From Mayamaea pseudoterrestris (Eukaryota), in contig BROI01000028.1 of NCBI GenBank assembly GCA_027923505.1, positions 62,001 through 126,000 on the forward strand: a stretch of 64,000 bases of DNA, given 5' to 3'. Shown one piece after another: positions 46,697 through 57,600 of this stretch. The notes beneath the pieces were generated by a model, which was not told where the DNA came from, made no database searches, and saw nothing but the letters and a program-made list of their open reading frames with translations. The number at the start of each line of letters is the position of its first letter. Position 1 is the first letter of the stretch. The translations under genes and the position numbers were made by a program.

Positions 46697-47905
46697 GACC
46701 AAGAACAATCATGTCACAAAAGAGGCGGCTGGATGGTCAATGGTTTGAAGCTCATTCTCCTATTGTTTGCACTCGCATGCGCCTTTTTACAATATACTGC
46801 AAGACGGAACGTTGAACTTGGAACAGATGAGCTCGGGCAAAACTTGACTCCTCTAACGTCGATGAGGACAACGAAATCATCATCCCATGCTACCTTAGCA
46901 TTCAACGACACCAATTTCACACTGCCTCCATGGGCACAGACATACTTTGAATGGCATGCGGAGCAACGACTTCTAATGTCTCCTACATCCAATCATAGAT
47001 ATTTGATTTACACTTGTCTTCAATCGGATGCTTCCTGCGGAGGATTGTCGGATCGCATCAAGTCGTTACCCTACTTTATATACGTGGCGGCCAAGACGAA
47101 GCGAGTCTACTTGATTCACTGGAATCGTCCCTGTCGTTTGGAAGAGTTTTTGCTTCCGCCGATGAATGGCTTGGATTGGACCACGCCAGATTGGTTAGTC
47201 ACAAGGTTGCTGCAGGATCGAAGCATTCCGCTGGCCACGACACATTCCAGCATTCTGCACTACGTAAGTTCCTTGAATCATCCGATTGTAACAGGTCGTC
47301 TACAGGACCAGCATGGAGGGTCAGACTACTACAATGCTCAAGTAGGTCCTGGAGAAGGTTCGCGAGCCTTTCGTCGCTCCTTTCGGTCGCTCTTTTTCAA
47401 GTGCTTTGCTCCGACACCTCCACTGGCCAGTGCCATTGATCGCGCCATGCACCAGTTGCAACTAGCACCAGGCGATTACGCGGCGGCGCACTTTCGCGCC
47501 AAGTATAATGAGGCTCATCCATTGTCGGATACTCTCGTCAAGGCGTTGGCTCGCAATGTTATCAACTGTGCCAGTCATTTGCGACGAACAATTGACGAAC
47601 CAATCTTTTTCGCAAGCGACTCGCAGCTTGCAGTGCAGTCTGCCGTCGAGTATCGAGACTCGACGCATCGTCTCATTATCGTCTCGCCAACATACAATGA
47701 GCCGTTGCATCTCGACAAGGCAACGTCAGGTAATCCCAGCGACTACTACAATGTCTTTGTCGACTTGTTCGTCTTGTCGAATGCCCATTGCATTGCGCAT
47801 GGACAGGGTGGTTACGGCCGGTTGGCGGTGTTGCTGTCGCACAATGCGTCGTGCTTCAAACCCATGGTTACTGGCGGACGCATCGTGGAGTGCAAGTGGC
47901 AGTGA
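46697..47905 (+). CDS. Fucosyltransferase-like (GT-B) type II membrane glycosyltransferase; its first 9 codons (42535-42561) are separated by the copia insertion
   Basis: TM segment, CGGLSDRI, AAAHFRAKY, FFASDS and FVDLFVLSNAHC; the empty site reads MVQPRRRRL|DQEQ in frame. Confidence 0.75.
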   Translation, partial: DQEQSCHKRGGWMVNGLKLILLLFALACAFLQYTARRNVELGTDELGQNLTPLTSMRTTKSSSHATLAFNDTNFTLPPWAQTYFEWHAEQRLLMSPTSNHRYLIYTCLQSDASCGGLSDRIKSLPYFIYVAAKTKRVYLIHWNRPCRLEEFLLPPMNGLDWTTPDWLVTRLLQDRSIPLATTHSSILHYVSSLNHPIVTGRLQDQHGGSDYYNAQVGPGEGSRAFRRSFRSLFFKCFAPTPPLASAIDRAMHQLQLAPGDYAAAHFRAKYNEAHPLSDTLVKALARNVINCASHLRRTIDEPIFFASDSQLAVQSAVEYRDSTHRLIIVSPTYNEPLHLDKATSGNPSDYYNVFVDLFVLSNAHCIAHGQGGYGRLAVLLSHNASCFKPMVTGGRIVECKWQ

Positions 47906-47978
47906 GATTAAATTGCTACCATAAACGCTATTAATTAGTGTACAATGTATCTATGTAGAAATGTAAACACTTGCGCAG

Positions 47979-49196
47979 CTATAAGTCCACCAAAACATCA
48001 CCATGAAAGGCGCGACGCATGCGACGACGCTGATGCAGTTTTTTGGAATCATCTGCTTCTCCCACCATGATCAAGGCAACGACGCGTTCATGCGCCTTGG
48101 CATTGACTAGTTCGCGAAAGGCTGGCGTTTGCACCACGGCGCCAGTCACCCATTTTGTGGCAATATGCTCGGCATGCAGCGACAGTAGAACGTTTTGCAC
48201 CGAAGCGCAGGCAGTGGCGTAGTCCTCCAGCTCGCGCTCCGAGATTGGCGGCGAGTAGTCAAGGGGTTGATACGGGTCGGCTGCTACGGGAAGGCCAATG
48301 CCAACCAACGAATGAGTCGAATTGACCAATGTGACTAGAAATGCCGGCATTTGATCCCACTTTTCGCGTTTCTTTTCAACGTTCGAGTGTATAGCACTCC
48401 TTTCTGCTTCCGATGCATTCGGTCTGAGCGATGACAATTTCTTGCGCAAATGAGTATTGTAGGCAATATCAGCCAACCGATGCGTCTTGTCAGACGGAGC
48501 AACCATTCGTTTGAAAGTGACAGGCTCGGTTCGCTTGTGATTGGGTGCTTGAATGGCACAAGCAACTGCCCGTTCCAACGCATCGTTCCAGAAGCTAGCG
48601 TCGCGATTTCGTACTTGGCGAGGTAAAATGTGTGTTCCTGTTCGCCGGGTTTGTAGAAAGTCTTGAAAGTCTTTGGCAAGGTCGTCAATTTCATCATTTT
48701 CAGATGCGCTATGCATTTGTCTATTGATGGGGAAAGGAGAAGATATTGCAGACGACACTGCGGCCGATGAAGGCGACGAAAGTCGGTGTAGATTGCTCGT
48801 TGCGGATGATTGCCTTGTTCTCGTTGGTGTTGCCGGAGCAGCCAAGTTTTTGCTGCTGCTTCCAATACTGCTCAGCATGCCGATGCGCAGAGAAGATGCA
48901 TTTAAGCTAGCGTCGGACGATGCGTCCTCTTTATTGTCGTCGAGAGCGTTTTGGATCCATCCAGTCAAAGCGAGCGGTGGCCTCTGACTCTTGAGCGCGG
49001 CAGATGCAAGCTGCTGCATCAGATTCGAGCGAAACGCGTTCGATGCATTCATGCTTGATTGTAGCTGCTGGAACGCTGAAAGAAAAGGAGACCAATAGAG
49101 ACTAGGGACGAATGGATAGCCATCAAGTAGACAGCTTCCAAAAGACGACAAATGAGCAGTTGGCGCGCCGTCGCGCGTCGTTCCCGAGGGTTCCAC
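47979..49196 (-). CDS. Nitroreductase family protein
   Basis: LQTRRT, AIQAPNHKRTEP, EDYATACASVQNVLLSLHAE and KWVTG. Confidence 0.85.
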   Translation of the reverse strand: MEPSGTTRDGAPTAHLSSFGSCLLDGYPFVPSLYWSPFLSAFQQLQSSMNASNAFRSNLMQQLASAALKSQRPPLALTGWIQNALDDNKEDASSDASLNASSLRIGMLSSIGSSSKNLAAPATPTRTRQSSATSNLHRLSSPSSAAVSSAISSPFPINRQMHSASENDEIDDLAKDFQDFLQTRRTGTHILPRQVRNRDASFWNDALERAVACAIQAPNHKRTEPVTFKRMVAPSDKTHRLADIAYNTHLRKKLSSLRPNASEAERSAIHSNVEKKREKWDQMPAFLVTLVNSTHSLVGIGLPVAADPYQPLDYSPPISERELEDYATACASVQNVLLSLHAEHIATKWVTGAVVQTPAFRELVNAKAHERVVALIMVGEADDSKKLHQRRRMRRAFHGDVLVDL

Positions 49197-49349
49197 CCCC
49201 CAGCTCCTGCGAGGGCGGACCCCGATTTTTCAAAGCACACACGCCGAAACAAGGTTGAACCGCAAAGATCGCACGCAAAAGGTGCGTCACCCCGAGCGAC
49301 TGCGACGATGGCTCCATTGCAACAACCGCAACAATACACATCTGTCACC

Positions 49350-49893
49350 ATGGCTCGCGTTCTTTTCTTCCTTGCCCTCGTTGTTGCCGCCGTCTCGGCC
49401 TTTGTTAGCCCGGCTAGCCATTCCGGTGAGTGGCGAATTGAAACTCTTTTGAAACGCTAGATTAGAACTTTGGCGACGGTTGATTCCTGACTGATGGGCG
49501 ACAAGTGACATAGTTACTGCCGGAAGCAGAGACAATGGCAAGGTGCCATGTTTACGTAGAGTGGTAGCTCACGAGGATTTATTCCGATGTGCAGTTGTGC
49601 GACATTGCTCATTATCCTGTCTATAGTTGTATATGGGCGCAAAGCACCTTTGCTGACAATCTTCCTCTTCCCTCCTTTCCACAGTGGCTTCCCCTGCTTT
49701 CACCCGATCCACCCAGGCCAAGATGGTTCCAGTGGAAATGATCGACGCATCCGTGAGCCAGATCGCAGCAAACGCCAATTTGATCGCAACTAGTTCCACT
49801 GACAATGGCGGTCTTCTCTTCCCCGTTGTTGGACTTGGATTGCTTGCTGCCACCATTCTGTTCCTATCGCCTCCTTTGGCTCCGGAAGAGTAA
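49350..49893 (+). CDS. Small plastid-targeted single-TM protein; intron 49426-49684
   Basis: MARVLFFLALVVAAVSAF presequence; C-terminal GGLLFPVVGLGLLAATILFLSPPL. Confidence 0.8.
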
Positions 49894-50985
49894 ATGCTTA
49901 ACATTGGATTAGAACTACACAATATGCTATCCTGCTGAGGAATCATCTATATGTACAGGCGTCACGTTCGTTTGATTGAGCTTTGTATCGTTGCGACTTG
50001 CTAGAAGCTACAGACTCGGCAGGGCCCATTTAGATCGCACGCAGCGTTTGAATGCATTTCAACCTTCTACTGTATTCGGATTTCGCACTTGACTACTGTA
50101 TTGAAGGCTGTCAGCCAGTTTCGCTCAAGAAGACATGAGCATATACCACCGTTATGTACGCTCCTGCCTCTCATGTTTGTGCTGGTAGCTCCACTGCACT
50201 CGACGACAAAGTCGCTTGCTTAAGTCGCCGTCAATGGTGTACTGCACTTTTGCAAAAGCATATCTAGCACTATCAAAACCGAAGTGTGTACATACGTGAC
50301 GGATCATTGCCCTCTGTCGTTGCGAGAGGTCATCCCGTAATACTTTCGCGTCTTTGTCCCCATCATTCCGATAAACAGCCGTATAAATTGGTTTGACTAT
50401 CCAAACGAGTGCAGGCACGAGATGGCCTCGCAAGACTTCCAGCGTACCGTTGATAATTGGCAATCATAGGTAAATAACACTAAACATGCTTCACTACCGT
50501 ACCGGCAGCTCCACGACTGTTTTGACTCGCGCACTTTCTCTTTCTACCGTTGTCTACTCTTTGATCTCCTATTCAGGCAACGGTAGCATACATCGCTATA
50601 CCGGTAGTTGCGGTAGCTAACGCAAGAACCCGCGCGGCTCTCGTCATTGGTTGCATCGCAATGCATTGGTTGGCGCGCGCGCGTCGTGTCATCGGACGGC
50701 AGACAGGCTGCGCCTGCCAAATTGTTCCGTCGAGCAAACCACACACACGATAGACCGTCTCGATCGTTTTGAAAGACAATGGCCAAGTAGGAGAAAGATT
50801 AGGAAAGATTGGAAATTTAGTCATAATATACAATCGTCGACGAGTTTTTGATAGCCTCCCATGCAAGCGACGTTGTGGTTACTACTAGAATACCACTTTC
50901 GTTTCGATTGACTGAATCGAACTTTAGAAACGGACGCCAACTTTCTTCGTTCCGTGAGTTTCCGCGATATCACAATCACTATAGA

Positions 50986-53204
50986 ATGACTCTAGCGCTC
51001 GCAACATCTGCAGGAGGAGGCCGGAGTGTTGCACGGCCAGTAGCAAACCTTGGAAATACATGCTTTGCGAATGCAGGTGAGTCATTATCCTTTCGACCAA
51101 GGCATCAATGGAACGAGTCTTGATGATGACTCATGCCATGCACGTTTGACTCAATATTCTGTATACTTTTCGCTCTCTCCTTTCTACTTACCAGTATTAC
51201 AAGCACTGGCTCATGCTCCCGAACTCTGTCTCGCCATTGACTGTCGCCCTCATTCACTGACATGTCCAGTAGCGATTGAAAATTCGGCCAAGATGCGGGC
51301 CTCGCCGTCCGCTTCACCCACGGGCGAGGACTCGTCGCGCGGCACACGCAAGTCTCGTCGGTCGGCGGCCGCTGCGGATCGCAACGAGAGTAATCAAGAG
51401 GAATTGGAATTTTGCGCGCTTTGTTCGTTTGAGCAGCATGTTCAAATGGTGCATGACTCGATGCAGCCGCGTGACAAGCCGGTTGCACCAGAAGCCTTTG
51501 TCCGTGGCTTTGTCACTCACGTGGCTCCATGGATGCGAATTGGAATTCAGGAAGATTCGCACGAATATTTACGTCTCTTGATTGATGCCATGCAAAAGTC
51601 ATGTCTCAACGCGCGACAAGATAAGGAAAATACCAAGAATACTGTTGCTAATGTTTCATCAGAGCCATCTGCGAATGGAAGCGCTTCTTTGGACGACAAG
51701 GAATATCCATTTTCCCTCTTCCGAGGACGCGTCGAAAGCAATGTCACTTGCGAGTCATGCAAGGCGTCTAGCTCGACGATTGATCCGTTTGAGGATATTG
51801 GGTTGGAAGTGACTTCTTCGGCGCAAGGCGTGAACGATCATTACCCTTCTCCGCAGTTGTCGGACGTCCAGTCGGCCTTTACTCGTTTTGCTCGCGCGGA
51901 AGCGTTGGATTCCAACTACAAGTGCGAAAAGTGCGGCAAAGTAGGCAAGGCAACCAAGCAGTCTCGACTCAAGTCCATTCCTCCCATTTTGACGCTTCAT
52001 CTCAAGCGCTTTCGTTACGGTGACTCGCGCAATGGCGCGGATGCAATGGCGCGTCGGTCTGGTCGATCCGAAGTCAAGTCTGGCAGCGCCAAGATTGAGG
52101 GACACGTCAAGTTTGACGTTTTGTTTGATTTGAGGCCGTATTTGACGCAGGAAATGCAAGATTCTCACAAAAGTGGCGTCGTTTGCCGACTATTTGCGGT
52201 CGTTGTACATTCTGGCAAAAATTCCAATTCGGGTCACTAGTAAGTACATGCCACGAACCTATTTTTACCAGCGCACATCCGCTTATCGACGTCTCGCTGA
52301 CCTTTGCCGTTGTCTTTTAGTATCGCATATGTACGAAGCTTGGAGAGCAAGAAGAACGAGTGGTGGAAGATGGACGACGGCCGCGTCCATCAGGTCCACC
52401 TCAATGAAGTTCTTGAGGCTGAAGCCTACATGCTATTCTATCGAGTGGTTCAGCATCCCGTCACGCTTGAGCTAGAGGAAGCATTTCGCACATTGCAGAG
52501 TCGCGCCAAGTTTGAAAAGGCGACGGGAGAGGCGATTGTCGTGGATGAAGACGAGCCTGTCGTTACCGAGCCACAAGTGGTTGTTGAGACGCTTTCCAAA
52601 CGAAACGGAACGGCCAAGCGCAAACTTCGTTCCTTTAAGAATGGCGAGGAGTGGGCTCGGAGCAAGAAACGATTGCCGCCGCAAGCGATTCAAGTGATTC
52701 ATCAGATTCAGGAGCTCATTGCCAACGATGTGCAAATCACTCCCGAATACTTTCGAATATTGTCGGACGCGGTATTAGTTGACGGCCCACAAGAGCTCAA
52801 CGGCGTGAAGAGTGCAACTGACGGCGAGTTGACTAGCCATTTGCCTTTGGTTGTGGCAAATATTAGTGGTACGTAAGAAGGTTTAGACGCACTCATGAAG
52901 TGCGATGCGACCGAAAGAGCCTCAAATCTGACACGATTTGCTACTGGCAATCACAGAAAATGATATTGTTGGCGGCGCCGACCTTTTTCGCCGCAAGACT
53001 TGGAGCATGCTTCGCTTGATTTCCGCCTATCATGGGACCAATGGATTGCCCTGGTCGTTGTCCGACGAGGAAGACGCCGATCCAATATCGCCTCTGAATG
53101 CCGACGAGCTTGTCCAGACTGCCTTGCCGACAACGAGTTCTGCCAAGAGCAATAATGCTGCACTAGTGACTGTTGTGGAAGATGAGCAAGCGAATTTACT
53201 TTAG
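50986..53204 (+). CDS. Ubiquitin-specific protease (C19, USP36/42-like); introns 51077-51194, 52240-52320, ~52869-52956
   Basis: NLGNTCFAN|AVLQAL Cys box, QEDSHEY, LHLKRF, GH|YIAYV His box and WWKMDD. Confidence 0.9.
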
Positions 53205-53591
53205 ACGATTAAAGACCCCGAGCCATGACGGAACTTTGGTAGTGATGGCTGGCCTGGCTAATCCAATAATTCACAAACAACTTTAGACAAAATAATGATC
53301 ACAAAGGCATACTAGTATTATAATGTATACCTTCGTTTGGACTGTGCAAACCTTTCTCACGATGTTTGAGCAGTTATTCACTAAATGTAAAGCAGATTAC
53401 TGCAAGCTTGTACCAAAAGGAATAATCTATAACATGTATTTTAACCAGCCACGACGAGTTTGTGCTTCATATCTGCACAAGAATCACTCCATAGCTTGAC
53501 TATTGACATTAATGTTTCATAATGCCTCGTTTTATCCTGCCTTATGTCACCATGATGTGTCTCAATTTCCATGGAATTCTTTGCAGGCCAG

Positions 53592-53867
53592 CTACAGTCG
53601 ATCCGAGGACCCCGACCTTGAGCTCCCATGGCTACCCGTTGAAGATCCCGAGGAGGAATTAGAATTAGTTAATGACATGGTTGCCGAGACACGTTTGCGG
53701 TGATAGGAACTGTATCGCTGCAAGCCCGTGAGGGGTGACGAGGCTCGAGTGGAACTGAGGTAGTCGTCCTTTGGCGGATGGGTAGCCACGAAAATCAATA
53801 AGGCAACTCCAACAAAGGCTGCCACCAAACCGACGAGACTAAAGTCCGACATGGCTAACATTGTCAT
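53592..53867 (-). CDS. Possible small single-TM protein
   Basis: Hydrophobic N-terminal segment followed by a Ser-rich tail; no recognised family. Confidence 0.35.
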   Translation of the reverse strand: MTMLAMSDFSLVGLVAAFVGVALLIFVATHPPKDDYLSSTRASSPLTGLQRYSSYHRKRVSATMSLTNSNSSSGSSTGSHGSSRSGSSDRL

Positions 53868-54352
53868 GATGTCGAAGGTGTTGATAAGATCAATTCAGGT
53901 TTTTGAGCGTCGAATTTTCGGAGAAGCTCGTGACTTGCGTTTCACAGGAGCGAGTGGCGGTGGATAAGACTCGTCGGCTAACTTTGATAGCGCTTGTCCT
54001 GTGCTTGTATCTGGAAAGATGATGACCAGGTAGATGTGTCAATCAAACTTGGTCAACCAGTAAAATGGTTGTCAAGTACTTTGAAGCCTCGAGTTCTGTG
54101 GTCGGCGACTCCTTTTCCGTCGCGAAAATCAAATCGTGCCACGCGAAACGGCGACGTGTGCCTGCTGTCGCTCCGCCGAAAACGAAACTGAGTACACTCT
54201 ACTTCACAGTAATGACTGTCGCAAAGACTTTCATATTCTCGTGGCGCTTCCGATTGAGTGCCGTTGCGGGACGAGAATTGACCACCAGTTGACTACTATC
54301 ACGACCACATACATTACTATCCATACCGGTTCATAAAGTTTGTTTCTACTAG

Positions 54353-54600
54353 CTACTTTGCAATGGCTCCACATTCAGCCACAAACTCATCCACAGTATT
54401 TAATAATGGCTTGGTCCTCAAAGTTGGTCAGAAAGATGCATTCACCCAGTATGCCCTCGAGCAGAATTAACTGCAACTGTCCATTGGCCACCTTCTTGTC
54501 AACACACATGAGCCTTAGAAAGTTGTCGCAATTCATGGGCAGTCCAATGGTAGTTCCTTAGGTAGCTTGTCCCAGTGCAGTACATCATAAACTTGCTTCA
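54353..54600 (-). pseudogene. aroB: Decayed 3' fragment of 3-dehydroquinate synthase
   Basis: Manual translation VKQVYDVLHWDKLPKELP-(fs)-MNCDNFLRLMCVDKKVANGQLQLILLEGILGECIF..(fs)..TVDEFVAECGAIAK*, matching the DHQS C-terminus (DKKV..G.LRLILLKG.LG.C). Confidence 0.85.
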
Positions 54601-57600
54601 CCATCTGCGTGCTGAGACTGATGACAAGACCATTTACACCAGATGTACCAACTTGTAGTGCAGCCCAAACAATGATGTTGGCACCATTCTGGTGTAATTT
54701 GGGAACCTACAGGGCTTGCTGTAGGGGCGTTTAATTGTCACGGCATCTGCAGGCTGAGACTGGTGACAAGTTGTCACCAAATACATTGCCATCCCCTGAG
54801 ACATCATCCAAGCCTACCATCTTGTAGCGCAGCCTGAATAATGATGTTGGCACCATTCTGGTGTCATTTGGGAACCTACAGGGCTTGCTGTAGGGGCGTT
54901 TGAATGTCACGGCATCTGCGGGTTGAGACTGGTGACAAGTTGTCACCAAATACATTGCTGCCCCCTGAGACACCAGCCAGGCATACCATCTTGTAGCGCA
55001 GCCTGAATAAAGATGTTGGCACCATTCTGGTGCAATTTGGGTATATACATGGCCTGCTGTAAGGACGTTTGAATGTCACGGCATCTGCGGGCTGAGACTG
55101 GTGACAAGTTGTCACCAATAACATTGCCATCCCCTGAGACTACATCCAAGCCTACCATCTTGTAGTGCAGCCTGATTAAGGATGTTGGCACCATTCTGGT
55201 GTTTTTTGGGCATTTACAGGGCTTGCTGTAGGGGTGTTAAAATGTCATGGCATCTGTGTGCTGAGACTGGTGACAAGTTGTCACCAATATCATTGCCGTC
55301 CCCTGAAATACTAGTCAGGCATACCATCTTGTAGCGCTGCATGAATAATGATGTTGGCACCATTCTGGTGTCATTTGGGTGTATACATGGCCTGCTGTAG
55401 GGGTGTTTGAATGTCACGGCATCTGCAGGCTGAGATTGGTGACAAGTTGTCACCAATATCACTGCCGTCCCCTGAGACACTAGCCAGGCATACTATCTTG
55501 TAGCGCAGCCTGAATAATGATGTTGGCACTATTCTGGTGTCATTTGGGTGTAAACATGGCCTGCTGTAGGTGTGTATGAATGTCACGGCATCTGCAGGCT
55601 GAGACTGGTGACAAGTTGTCACCAATATCATTGCTGTCCCCTGAGACACTAGCCAGGCATACCATCTCGTAGCGCAGCCTGAATAAGGATGTTGGCACCA
55701 TTCTGGTGCATTTTGGGCACCTACAGGGCTTGCTGTAGGGTGTCACGGCATCCGCGGGCTGAGACTGGTGACAAGTTGTCACCAATATCATTGCTGTCCC
55801 TTGAGACACTAGCCAGGCATACCATCTTGTTGCGCAGCCTGAATAATGACGTTGGCACCATTCTGGTGTCATTTGGGTGTATACATGGCCTGCTGTAGGG
55901 GCGTTTCAATGTCACGGCATCTGCAGGCTGAGATTGGTGACAAGTTGTCACCAATATCACTGCCGTCCCCTGAGACACTAGCCAGGCATACCATCTTGTA
56001 GCGCAGCCTGAATAATGATGTTGGCACCATTCTGGTGTCATTTGGGTGTATACATGGCCTGCTGTAGGTGTGTATGAATGTCATGGCATCTGCAGGCTGA
56101 GACTGGTGACAAGTTGTCACCAATATCATTGCTGTCCCCTGAGACACTAGCCAGGCATACCATCTCGTAGCGCAGCCTGAAAAAGGATGTTGGCACCATT
56201 CTGGTGTCATTTGGGTGTATACATGGCCTGCTGTAGGGGTGTTTGAATGTCACGGCATCTGCAGGCTGAGATTGGTGACAAGTTGTCACCAATATCACTG
56301 CCGTCCCCTGAGACACTAGCCAGGCATACTATCTTGTAGCGCAGCCTGAATAATGATGTTGGCACTATTCTGGTGTCATTTGGGTGTAAACATGGCCTGC
56401 TGTAGGTGTGTATGAATGTCACGGCATCTGCAGGCTGAGACTGGTGACAAGTTGTCACCAATATCATTGCTGTCCCCTGAGACACTAGCCAGGCATACCA
56501 TCTCGTAGCGCAGCCTGAAAAAGGATGTTGGCACCATTCTGGTGTCATTTGGGTGTATACATGGCCTGCTGTAGGGGTGTTTGAATGTCACGGCATCCGC
56601 GGGCTGAGACTGGTGACAAGTTGTCACCAATATCATTGCTGTCCCCTGAGACACTAGCCAGGCATACCATCTTGTAGCGCAGCCTGAATAATGACGTTGG
56701 CACCATTCTGGTGTCATTTGGGTGTATACATGGCCTGCTGTAGGGGCGTTTGAATGTCACGGCATCTGCAGGCTGAGACTGGTGACAAGTTGTCACCAAT
56801 ATCATTGCCGTCCCCTGAGTCACTAGCCAGGCATACCAGCTTGTAGCGCAGCCTGAATGATGTTGTTGGCACAATTCTGGTCTCATTTGGGTGTATACAT
56901 GGCCTGCTGTAGGGGTGTTTGAATGTCACGGCATCCGCGGGCTGAGACTGGTGACAAGTTGTCACCAATATCATTGCCGTCCCCTGAGACACTAGCCAGG
57001 CATACCATGTTGTAGCTCAGCCTGAAAAAGGATGTTGGCACCATTCTGGTGTCATTTGGGTATATACATGGCATGCTGTAGGGGCGTTTGAATGTCATGG
57101 CAACTGCAGGCTGAGACTGGTGACAAGTTGTCACCAATATCATTGCCGTCCCCTGAGACACTAGCCAGGCATACCATCTTGTAGCGCAGCCTGAATAATG
57201 ATGTTGGCACCGTTCTGGTGTCATTTGGGTATATACATGGCATGCTGTAGGGGCGTTTGAATGTCACGGCATCTGCAGGCTGAGCATACATTACTATCCA
57301 TACCGGTTCATAAAGTTTGTTTCTACTAGCTACTTTGCAATGGCTCCACATTCAGCCACAAACTCATCCACAGTATTTAATAATGGCTTGGTCCTCAAAG
57401 TTGGTCAGAAAGATGCATTCACCCAGTATGCCCTCGAGCAGAATTAACTGCAACTGTCCATTGGCCACCTTCTTGTCAACACACATGAGCCTTAGAAAGT
57501 TGTCGCAATTCATGGGCAGTCCAATGGTAGTTCCTTAGGTAGCTTGTCCCAGTGCAGTACATCATAAACTTGCTTCACCATCTGCGTGCTGAGACTGATG

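Noticed and set aside
50152..50463. 103-aa minus-strand ORF
   Set aside because: Non-ATG start and no recognisable family.
52824..52956. GC-AG intron in the USP gene
   Set aside because: A canonical GT donor in the same phase exists at 52869.
54345..54385. Helitron 3' end (short TGGCT/AGCCA hairpin and CTAG on the minus strand)
   Set aside because: The stem is only 5 bp, lies within aroB-derived sequence, and has no equivalent beyond the Spo11 fragment; too weak to call.
54340..54561. Plus-strand 73-aa ORF (also 57317-57538)
   Set aside because: It is the antisense shadow of the aroB fragment.
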